64,000 bases of DNA from the human T2T-CHM13v2.0 reference genome, Homo sapiens, in NCBI RefSeq assembly GCF_009914755.1, contig NC_060937.1. One strand, given 5' to 3'. The position numbers and the translations under genes are program-made. Within the stretch, counting starts at the first letter, position 1. Every line of letters starts with the position of its first letter. Positions 13,421 through 24,174 of this stretch are shown piece after piece. The notes beneath the pieces are model-generated. The model did no database searches. It saw nothing but the letters and a program-made list of their open reading frames with translations, and was not told the origin of the DNA.

Positions 13421-14259
13421 GAAACTGCTTCTGCTTCCTTTGCTTTCTGTAGCTTTGCTGAGAACAGCCTCCTGCTCTTGGAGATACTGCTCCTTTAAGA
13501 GGTTGGGAAAAATGGAGCGAGGCATTGCTTTGCAGGATGGAAATACAAGTCTACAATGTTTCTGAAGGGCAAGACGTGCTTTCCACCTTTCTTCCCAACG
13601 TTTCCTTCTGCAAGCCCAGTATGGTGAGGGAGGCCCAGCGCTGTGGGCGGGAGCCTGGTTGCTTACAGGCCCTCTCGCTCCACGGATGGGGATGTGGGGT
13701 GGGCACGTTTTACCGCTGCCCACAGCTGCCCAAGTGCAGGTCTGACCAGGACCCCTCAGGTTGCCCATGGGGCTGGGGTCCAGGTGGTCAGGACGTCTCT
13801 GGCAAGGGGCAGCTCCCGTGAGGTCACCTGGACCCTTGGCATGCATGGCCGCACTGACCAGCAGGCCCTGGGAGCCAGGGCTCAGGGACCGCAGCGTCCA
13901 CGCCGTCCTACAGGGAAGGGTGGGCGGGCGGCGCCTGGCCTGGCCACGGCCCGGGAGACACGTACGGCGGGAGCTCTGGGCTGTGGTGCGGGTTCAGTGG
14001 CAGCCTCCTCCCCTGGTGGGGCACCCTGCGTGTAGCGTCAAGCAGCCCTGGCTTCTGTTCCCCACTCTGCTCGGGATAAACAGCATGGCCTCCAGACACA
14101 GCCCAGGGTCCCCTGGGGCTGAGAACCACGGGTTCTACCTGAGCCAGGGTGACCAAACTCAGGGAGACCAAACTGACAGGTTGCACTCAAGGCCCCTTTC
14201 TGAGGGAGCCAGGCTGAAACGTGATGAAATAGCAGAGAGGCCTAGAGCACCACAGTGAG

Positions 14260-14679
14260 CCCCCAGAGCATGAACTAAACGGGGCAGGGGTCCCCGTCCC
14301 CCGGAGCATGAACTAAACGGGGCAGGGGTCCCCGTCCCCCGGAGCATGAACTAAACGGGGCAGGGGTCCCCGTCCCCCGGAGCATGAACTAAACGGGGCA
14401 GGGGTCCCCGTCCCCCGGAGCATGAACTAAACGGGGCAGGGGTCCCCGTCCCCCGGAGCATGAACTAAACGGGGCAGGGGTCCCCGTCCCCCGGAGCATG
14501 AACTAAACGGGGCAGGGGTCCCCGTCCCCCGGAGCATGAACTAAACGGGGCAGGGGTCCCCGTCCCCCGGAGCATGAACTAAACGGGGCAGGGGTCCCCG
14601 TCCCCCGGAGCATGAACTAAACGGGGCAGGGGTCCCCGTCTCCCGGAGCATGAACTAAACGGGGCAGGGGTCCCCGTCC
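14260..14679. repeat. Near-perfect VNTR 38 bp (ggagcatgaactaaacggggcaggggtccccgtccccc), about 11 copies
   Basis: Period 38 (14303 to 14341). Confidence 0.96.
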
Positions 14680-14714
14680 TGCCGGCACGCAGCAGATGCA
14701 GGCCCCAGAGCTCA

Positions 14715-15104
<390 letters not shown>

Positions 15105-15138
15105 CTAAGTTGTGTTGCCTCCTGTGGACACCTCCTCA

Positions 15139-15408
<270 letters not shown>

Positions 15409-16072
15409 TCACACCTGCCCCACTGGGACTCCCAGGTGAAGGGCGGGCTTGCAGCAGCCGCTTCCCACAGGGCTTCTCGGGGGTCCCCGTCATCTCCTTC
15501 CCTGCTCATTTCCCTTGACCCTTTATTTTTAAATTATGAAATATTTCAAGCATACAAAAATTACAGAGAATCATTAAAAAGTATACACTATTATGAAATA
15601 GATATGGATGCCTTGAAGATGGCTGTCCTGGAAAGTTCCCTGTTCTGGGCTGTGGTTTCTCCACGCTGCCCGAAGGGGGACAGAACCAAAGCCGGTGTGA
15701 GCTGACACCCCTGGAAGATGGAGGGGCTGGGGCTGAGCCAGGCCTGCCCTGCCCACCGTGGGCAGCCAGGGTGAGCTGGACATCTCGCAGGGGTCCGACA
15801 CCCTCTGCATGAGTACATGAGGCAGCGAGGCAAAGAACCTCAAGGCGAGGGCTGGCTGGAAGCCCTGAACGTTGCAGCCCAGACCCAAGAGCCCCACGGC
15901 TGCATCCCAGGTCTGCGACTCCGAGAAGCTGTCCTGGTGACTCTTTCCACCTGTGGTTTTGCTTTTTAAATAAATGCTCACTCTCATCAACCCCCAGGCA
16001 CAGGCCCAGGCTGAAGAGGAAAGACAAGAGCCGCCCTGCCCAGAAACGTCCACATGTGGGTACTGCATTCCT

Positions 16073-16760
16073 ACCGGTGTGACAGGTCAGTGTGACAGGT
16101 CGGTGTGACAGGCACCGGTGTGACAGGTCGGTGTGACAGGCACCAGTGTGACAGGCACCAGTGTGACAGGTCGGTGTGACAGACACCGGTGACAAGTCAG
16201 TGTGACAGGCAGTGGTGTGACAGGCACCGGTGTGACAGGTCGGTGTGACAGGTACTGTTGTGACAGGTCGGTGTGAGACACTGGTGTGACAAGTCAGTGT
16301 GACAGGCAGTGGTGTGACAGGCACCGGTGTGACAGGTCAGTGTGACAGGTACTGTTGTGACAGGTCGGTGTGAGACACTGGTGTGACAAGTCAGTGTGAC
16401 AGGCAGTGGTGTGACAGGTCGGTGTGACAGGCACCAGTGTGACAGGCCCCGGTGTGACAGGTAGGTCATGCTGTGACAGGCCCCGGTGTGACAGGTCGGT
16501 GTGACAGACACCAGTGTGACAGGCCCCGGTGTGACAGGTAGGTCATGCTGTGATAGGCCCCGGTGTGACAGGTCGGTGTGACAGGCACCAGTGTGACAGG
16601 TAGGTCATGCTGTGATAGGCCCCGGTGTGACAGGTCGGTGTGACAGGCACCAGTGTGACAGGCCCCGGTGTGACAGGTAGGTCATGCTGTGACAGGCACC
16701 GGTGTGACAGGCCCCGGTGTGACAGGTCGGTGTGACAGGCACCGGTGTGACAGGTCGGTC
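16073..16760. repeat. GTGTGACAGG-based minisatellite (14-20 bp variant units), intron 8
   Basis: About 40 copies of TGACAG counted by eye. Confidence 0.95.
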
Positions 16761-17056
16761 ACGTTGGCTCCCTGGCACGCGGCAGAGTGGGGACCGTGCC
16801 CCCGTGAGTGTCACACTGGGGTCCACACCAGGCTGATCCACTGTGAGCTGGGAGTTGCCATAGAGACTCTATAAATACAACCAAACATCTTCCAGGGAAC
16901 AGAAGCGTTTCTCATCCCAAACCTCCACATGGCCCTGGAGATCCCCAACACCTTAGCAAAGGCCAGGTCTTCACGGAAGTGTTTCTCCCGAAAGCCCCCA
17001 CCGGCGAGGGCCCCCGGAACCACCGTGAAGGGCCCGCGGGGCCAGGGGCTGCCTAC

Positions 17057-17178
17057 CTCACAGGTGTCCATGTCCTGGGACAGCTTGAGGCCCCCACGCC
17101 CGTCACAGTGGCAGGTGTAGCTCCCTGGGGAGTTCACGCAGACCTGCTCACAGCGGCCCTGCAGACACTCGTCCACAT
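17057..17178 (-). CDS. GAS6: GAS6 exon 8 (cbEGF4, [41 protein letters not shown])
   Basis: cbEGF consensus; donor GAG|GTAGGC; 122 nt, ends at c.834. Confidence 0.97.
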
Positions 17179-18018
17179 CTGCCAGCCAGAGGGAAGCGGC
17201 GGTGAGCCGGGGAGGCCTCTACGCTGTCCCGCCGTGGGATCACACCGCGATTGCTCAAACCACACGCAAGGTGCGCTCAAGGAATTACATGCAGATTCTA
17301 ACGGGGGCGGCTTGGGGGTCGCGTCCCCCCCCGCTGGAAAGCTAGGTTGCACCCTCGGCCTGCTCCTGCCCGGGCTCTTTCTTGAGGGAATAAAAATGTC
17401 GCAGGTGTCCCAGGAGGGTGCTCCCAACGAGCCAGACCCACCCCCGCTGCCGGGCCGGTGTGGAAGGCAGGTCTGGGAAGCACAGGGTCTGGGCTGTGCA
17501 GTGAGGTGTCCCCCGGAGCACAGAGGGGCCGACAGCTGTGGTGGGAAATGGAGGTCAGTGCAGGCAGCCTGGGCTTCCCCACCCTCTCTGTCTGCCTACT
17601 CAGCCCCACTGTTCCCATCACTGGGGGCACGGCCCCTCTTAGAGGCTCTACGGCCAACAGGGCCCTCCCCATGGCGGCTGGAAAGAGAGAACAGTAGAGG
17701 GAGGCTTGCTGCTCCCCGTCCCTTTGGGGAGAGGCCCCGTCTATGCAGGTGGAGAAGGGTACACACGTGTGTACATGCGGTGTATATGCATGTGTGCGGT
17801 TCGTTCATGTGCACAAGGGGCATGGGTGCCTGTGTGTGCTCACGTGTGTGCGGGCATGGTGGTAGCACAGGCCATTACCAGGCTGATAGAAACAGGGAGA
17901 AAGAGACTTTCTTTCACCAGAAGCACCCGGTTGTTAGCAACCGGCTCGGGCAGTGACTGGCACCCGTGTCTAGACTTGGGCGTCAGAGAAAGTGAGGGTG
18001 ACCGCGTGGCGTGGGTAC

Positions 18019-18141
18019 CTCGGCAAGCCTTCTCCTGGGAGCTGTACGCAAAGCCCTCGTCACAGAGGCAGGAGTAGGAGCCGGGCAGGTTCTTGCAGCG
18101 CGCCTCCCCGCAGGCCTCCGAGTCTGCGCACTCGTCTATGT
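18019..18141 (-). CDS. GAS6: GAS6 exon 7 (cbEGF3, [41 protein letters not shown])
   Basis: cbEGF consensus; AG/GT boundaries; 123 nt. Confidence 0.97.
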
Positions 18142-18689
18142 CTGCAAGCAAAAAAAAACCGGCCAACCGCAGCACAGCGGCATCTCAGACGGGGCTGGGG
18201 CAGGCGGCTGCAGGGACTGGCCAGGGCACCACCCAGAGGTCGCATCCAGACTGTGGGGCCAGCGCGCCCTGGCCCCATTTCCCTGCCCTCCTCCCCTGAC
18301 CGGGCAGCTCCCGGGGTGTTGGTGCACGCTTCTGATCAAGGCCCGGCTGGGAAGGCTGACTTCAGCCCAGCAGGTGGAGAGCTGGGAAGGGCCCTGCTTG
18401 GTGGAGGGGTGGGGGGCGGCGGTGCACGCTGTGCTGTTCCATTTAAATGACGGTGCTACAGGACACGGGGCCGTAAAAAGTAACCCCCCGGGGGCATTTG
18501 AAACTAAAACCCCAACCCCAAAGAGAAGCATTTACTGGTTTCAATCAATTTTCACTACCGGGTTAAACCACAATCCTAAGACTTGAGCATCTAATGTGGG
18601 ACAGATGCTGTTTACGGCCAAGCACCCTGGGGTAGGAGGGGCAACCCTGAAATGAAGAGCCCTTTAGTCACCAGAGGAGAGCAAAGGCA

Positions 18690-19730
18690 GGGGCACGGAG
18701 AAAGGTGGGGGAGGAGAAGGGGGAGTAGGAGTGGGAGGAGGAAGGGGGGAGGGGAAGGAGGAAGAGGAGGAGGAGGAGGGGAGAAGGGGGAGGGGGAGAA
18801 GGGGGAGGGGGAGAAGGGGAGGGGGAGAAGGGGAGGGGGAGAAGGGGAGGGGGAGGGGAGGAGGGGAGGAGGAGGGGGTAGGGAGAGGATGGAGAGGAGG
18901 GGGAGGGGGAGGAGGGGGAGGAGGAGGAGGGGGAGGAGGAGGAGGGGGAGGAGGAGGAGGGGGAGGAGGAGGGGGAGGGGGAGGAGGAGGGGGAGGGGGA
19001 GGAGAATGGGGAAGGGAAGGAGGAGGACGGAGGGGGAGGAGGACGGAGGGGGAGGACGACGGAGGGGGAGGAGGAGGAGAAGCAGGGAGGAAGAGGAGAA
19101 GGTGAGGGAGGGGTGGGGGAGGAGGTGAGGGAGGGGGTGGGGAGGGGTGAGGGAGGGGGTGGGGAGGGGTGAGGGAGGGGGTGGGGAGGGGTGGGGGAGG
19201 AGGAGGAGAGGGGAAATAAGGATGGGGGAGGAGGAGGGGGAAAAGGAGGAGGGGGAAAAAGAGGAGGGGGAATGAGGAGGAAGAAGAGGGGAATGAGGAG
19301 GAAGAAGAGGGGAATGAGGAGGAGGAGGGGGAGGAAGAAGATGGGGAGGAAGAGGGGGAGTGGGGGGAGGAGGAGAAGAAAGAGGAGGAGGAAGATGAGG
19401 AGGAGGAGGAAGATGGGGAGGAGGAGGGGGAGTGGGGGGGAGGAGGAGGGGGAGTGGGGGGGAGGAGGAGGGGGAGTGGGGGGGAGGAGGAGAAGAAAGA
19501 GGAGGAGGAAGATGGGGAGGAGGAGGAGGAAGATGGGGAGGAGGAGGGGGAGTGGGGGGAGGAGGAGAAGAAAGAGGAGGAGGAAGATGGGGAGGAGGAG
19601 GAAGATGGGGAGGAGGAGGGGGAATGGAGGGGAGGAGGAGGGGGAGTGGGGAGAGGAGGAGGGGGAGTGGGGAAAGGAGGAGGGGGAATGGTGGGGAGGA
19701 AGAGGAAGATGGGGAGGAGGAGGAGAGGAC
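18690..19730. repeat. About 1 kb polypurine (GGA/GGGGA) low-complexity tract, intron 6
   Basis: Almost exclusively G/A on +. Confidence 0.95.
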
Positions 19731-20846
19731 GGGAATGCCTCTGTCACTGTGGGCAGTAACTGTGAGCCTAGACTTTGCCGGGAGTGCCCGACTGGTGCAG
19801 GGACCCACGGGAGATGCTTTAGACGTCATCTCTCAGGATCGGCCTAGTCTTCACCTCTCTTTAAACCTGGGGTGCTGCTGTCTTCCAGGTCAGGGATAGA
19901 GCAGTGATGGGAGGGGCTCTGTTCTCGGCGGGGAAATGGGTTTATGTGTTAAGATGGGAATCACGTCATCTGCACACAGGGCTAACTCCTGGGTGGTCAG
20001 GGAAGGGAACCACCAAAGTGGACAGAAATAGCAGCTGCCTTTTGAAATCGGGGGATGGGGTGTGGCCCCTCCTGTCTGGTCAGATTCACTCTCCAGATCC
20101 TGGGGCTGTTTCTCCCTGAGCAACTGTCTGTCCTGTCCACGCAGTTCGGTGTCCTGGACAGTCAGCAGCAGCGCTAAGAACTATGCCAGAAACTCTCAGG
20201 GACACGCCTGGGCATGTCCAGATACAACGTGGGGAGGGAGGAGGAAGGTGCTCCCCCTGCAAAGTGGCAAAGGGCCAGTGGCAGCAGCAGCACCTGGAAC
20301 AGCGTCGGGGGCGCGCACATTCACAGTGACTTTCTGGGGTGTCCTGGGGCTCCCCAGCTCTGGCCCTGGGCTGAGGGAACCCCAGACTGAAATATGAAAG
20401 GAAGTGGGGAGGGCAGGGCTATATTTAGTGGACAGAGGGAGACCAACAACGGGGTGCTTCTGGGGATGCTGGGGAGAGTGGACGGCGGGGGGACCCTAGC
20501 CTGGAGCCCTGACCCACAAGCTCACTACACAAGTGCCTGGAGCACTTCCAGGCTCTGTGAGGCTCTGGGGAATGGACGAGGCCCTACAGCCAGCAGTGTG
20601 GCCTCATGGGCTGGGCCGGCCCCCTGAGTCCTGGCCCTCAGATGCCGGGTGAGTCATCCTGGTGTGGTGCCGAGCAGCTCCCTGTGCTGCGGCTGGCCTG
20701 GGCTTGTGTAGTCTCTGCAGGATGCCCCATCCCATCCAGAACCACAGGAACCCAGCCAGCAGCAGCCGCTTGCAGAAGAGCAGACATGACCGAAAATAGA
20801 AGGTGGGGAGAGGAGAGAGGAGAGAGGCCTCACCCCAGGGCCTTAC

Positions 20847-20969
20847 CTTGGCAGGTCCTGCCATCAGAGGAGAGCTCGAAGCCGCTGTGGCAGGAACAGT
20901 GGAAGCTACCCGGCTTGTTGTGGCAGATCTGGAGGCAGCCCCCGTTCTCCTGGCTGCATTCGTTGACAT
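20847..20969 (-). CDS. GAS6: GAS6 exon 6 (Ca-binding EGF2, [41 protein letters not shown])
   Basis: cbEGF consensus; AG/GTAAG boundaries; 123 nt. Confidence 0.97.
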
Positions 20970-20989
20970 CTGGGAACAAGCACAGGCCT

Positions 20990-21680
20990 GAAGGGGAGCC
21001 CAAGGGTGCACAGCCCCTGGCTACGGTAGGAAGAGATCCCAGAGGTGCACAGCCCAGCCCTGGAGCAGGGAGGGAGCCCAGAGGTGCACAGCCCAGCCCT
21101 GGAGCAGAGAGAGATCCCAAAGGTGCACAGCCCAGCCCTGGAGCAGGGAGGGAGACCAGGGGTCACAGCCTAGCCCCGGAGCAGGAGGAAGGGACCCCGG
21201 GGGTGCACAGCCCAGCCCTGGAGCAGGGAGGGAGCCCAGGGGTGCACAGCCCAGCCCCGGAGCAGGAGGAGGGGACCCCGGGGGTGCACAGCCCAGCCCT
21301 GGAGCAGGGAGGGAGCCCGGGGGTGCACAGCCCAGCCCCGGAGCAGGAGGAAGGGACCCCGGGGGTGCACAGCCCAGCCCTGGAGCAGGGAGGGAGCCCG
21401 GGGGTACACAGCCCAGCCCCGGAGCAGGAGGAAGGGACCCCGGGGGTGCACAGCCCAGCCCTGGAGCAGGGAGGGAGCCCGGGGGTGCACAGCCCAGCAC
21501 TGGAGCAGGGAAGGAGCCGGGGGGGTGCACAGCCCAGCACTGGAGCAGGAGGAAGGGACCGCGGGTGTGCACAGCCCAGCCCTGGAGCAGGGAGAGAGCC
21601 TGGGAGTGCACAGCCCAGCCCCCGAGCAGAGAGAGATCCTAGAGGTGCACAGCTCAGCCCTGGAGCAGAGAGGGACCCCA
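20990..21680. repeat. VNTR of 39/42-bp units (ggtgcacagcccagccctggagcagggagggagccc), about 17 copies, abutting the exon 6 acceptor
   Basis: Periods 39,39,39 then alternating 39/42. Confidence 0.95.
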
Positions 21681-22054
21681 GGGCTTGGACCTCACACCCC
21701 ACTCAGCAGCCCTAGCGTTTCATGGCCCCTGGTCCTGGCCTTGCGTGTGGAGGTAGATGGTGGGAGGGCATGGGGGATCCCCAGCTGCGGTCTCAGCCTG
21801 GGGAGCTGCTGGCAGTCACAGCCCACAGGGCTCAGCTCCCTGGATGCCCATGTGCTTGCAGGAGGAGGCTGCAGGCCAGGAGTGACCTCTGGGTGCCGAG
21901 GACAGACAAGGCCAGGCCAGAGCTGGCCACTCCTTAGCAAAGCCCTCCCAGGCCACCTGTGGGGTAGGATTTGCCAAAGGGGACAGGCTGGCCTGCTGGG
22001 CTCTCCACTATGGGTCTCCACCAGGCCCTGGAGCTATTCTTCCTCCAGGGTCTT

Positions 22055-22278
22055 CACTGACACCACAGGTCTACACTGAAGGACGGTCAGAGGTGAAATC
22101 TCCCCCCGGCCTTTCAATCAGTGGGTGCCACTGACACCACAGGTCTGCACTCAAGGACGGTCAGAGGTGAAATTTCCCCCCCGCCTTTCAATCAGTGGGT
22201 GCCACTGACACCACAGGTCTGCACTCAAGGACGGTCAGAGGTGAAATTTCCCCCCCCGCCCTTCAATCAGTGGGTGCT
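22055..22278. repeat. 74-bp tandem triplication
   Basis: cactgacaccacagg at 22055, 22129, 22203. Confidence 0.92.
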
Positions 22279-22505
22279 GAGGCATCACTTGGTGTTTCCT
22301 TTCCTTCCAGCCCTGCTCCCAGAAAGGAGACTGCAGCTCCTCCCAATTCTCCTGGGGCTCCAGGATACCTCAGGGCTGCAGCCTCCTTGGGGCTGTCGGA
22401 GAGCAGCCTGAGGATGGCCGTGCCCCGGAGTGGGAGTGAGGAGCGGGGATCAGGGCAGGGTCGGAGATGGAGGGAGACCCCGCCTTTGTCTTCAGCCTCA
22501 CGTAC

Positions 22506-22628
22506 CTTTGTCGCAGAGCCGGCCCCCCCAGCCAGCTTTACACAGGCAGAAGAAGTTGCCCATGAGGTCCTGGCAGGCTTGGGTCCCCTTCCTATCGCAG
22601 GGGTTGGGCGTGCACTGGTCAGGCAGGT
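22506..22628 (-). CDS. GAS6: GAS6 exon 5 (EGF1, [40 protein letters not shown])
   Basis: Six-Cys EGF pattern; AG/GT boundaries; 123 nt. Confidence 0.97.
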
Positions 22629-24174
22629 CTGATTGGGGACACAAAGTGGAAAATCATGTTCAACTGCCCCACCCCTGCGCGCCCAACGCAGCTGAGATCG
22701 GGGCGGCTGTGGGGTCTCGGGTCCAGCCCGGAGGAGCTCTGAGGGGTGCAGGCTGAGGCAGGCCCTGGGCACCCGAGCCCTCTGTGCTGGCCTAGGGCTG
22801 ACAGAATAGGCTGGCGGGCCCTGGGGCCGGCTCCAGGAAAACTCAGATCAACTGGGAGGGAGTGCCAGCAGGCCTGGACGCAAGGTGGGAAGGGCTGAGG
22901 GCAAAGGAGCAGGAACTGCCTGGCGTGAGGCCTGGGAGCTCAGACCTCCCAGGGAGTAGGCACACAGAACCCCCAGCTGACCTGGGGGCTTCCAGGCAGA
23001 CTCGGAACATTCTGCCTTCCCTGGCCAGCCCCTAGCCCATCTCTGGTGAACTCTCCCTGCTGGGTGTGGCGGGGAGGACCCCAGGCCCAGGCTGCACTGC
23101 CAGAGGGGTCCTCCAGGAAGCCCCCCTCTTTCTGCTTAGCTGCCCCCTCTCCACGTGTCTTGATGGCTTTAGGCCAGGTGTGTTCTGCCCTTTCTCAGGG
23201 TGGTCACCTGGGCTCAGCTCCTGCAGGGCCAGAGGTCAGGGGAACGGGTGAGGGCCTGAGGGTGGGAACCCGTGCCAGTGCAGCTGCTTCCCAAGCAGTC
23301 CCCCATCCGAGAAGCTGCTCACAAACACATTCATACGAGGAGCTGCTCACAAACACGCTTCCAGGACACGGACCCAAACCACGTCCCAGAGGCAGGCAGG
23401 GAAGCCCCCGACAGTGCAGTTACGCAAGCCTGAGCCCCGGGAAGTTGGCAGAAAGAACGACAATTACACCCGGAGCTCAAAGAATCCTTTCATGGCTGCT
23501 GGCAGAGCAGAAGCAGCTCGGGGCTGAGCATGGCAGTGCTCAGGGGCGCGGTCCACACTCAGCTCAGCCCCACATGAGGACTCAGCCACGCTCAGCTTAG
23601 CCACACAGGGCTCCGTGGGGAACCCTGGGTAGGGCCCCCCTGCTGGCTGAGAGAGGGCTCCGGTCCATTGATTCCACACAAGTTCAATAAGGACCAGTCC
23701 CTGGGAAAAGTGCAGGCCGGGCCAGCAGGGCCCTAGGGCACTGGGCCAGCATCGTCCTAAGGGGTCAGCCCTGGTGGGGGCACGTCGAGTCTTCAGTGCA
23801 TGGGCTCTCACTGCCAGCGTGTCGCTTCCGTTCCTGAGGCTCCCAAGGTGACGTTTCCCACCAGGTCTGTAGAATGTGGCGTTTCCACCAGAGGGTCTGG
23901 GCTCGGCTGTCAGTGCAGGAGCCACTTCCCTCCCCACCTGGCCGGGGTCAGGGGTGCCCAGTGCCAGGGTGAGCGGCGGGCGGGTCTGTGGTTCACAAAG
24001 CTGAGTTCCTCCAGCTCATCCAGGGCTTACAGTCACTGCCTGTGGCCGGCACAGACACAGCCCCTGTCCTCCTAGGCGGGTCCAGGCACCGCGCTCACCA
24101 GAGGCCCTGGCTACGAGTCCCAGGCTTCTTGGGGAAGCTGCCCAACCACACTGGCTTCTTTCTGCGACGCTTCG

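Noticed and set aside
14260-14679. CRISPR-like array (38-bp repeat with internal hairpin); similar thought for the 32, 39 and 46-bp repeats
   Set aside because: Units are head-to-tail with no unique spacers, there are no cas genes, and the context is a human intron
18612-19899. Extensin-like poly-Pro and Gly/Arg/Glu-rich ORFs
   Set aside because: Translation of the polypurine tract
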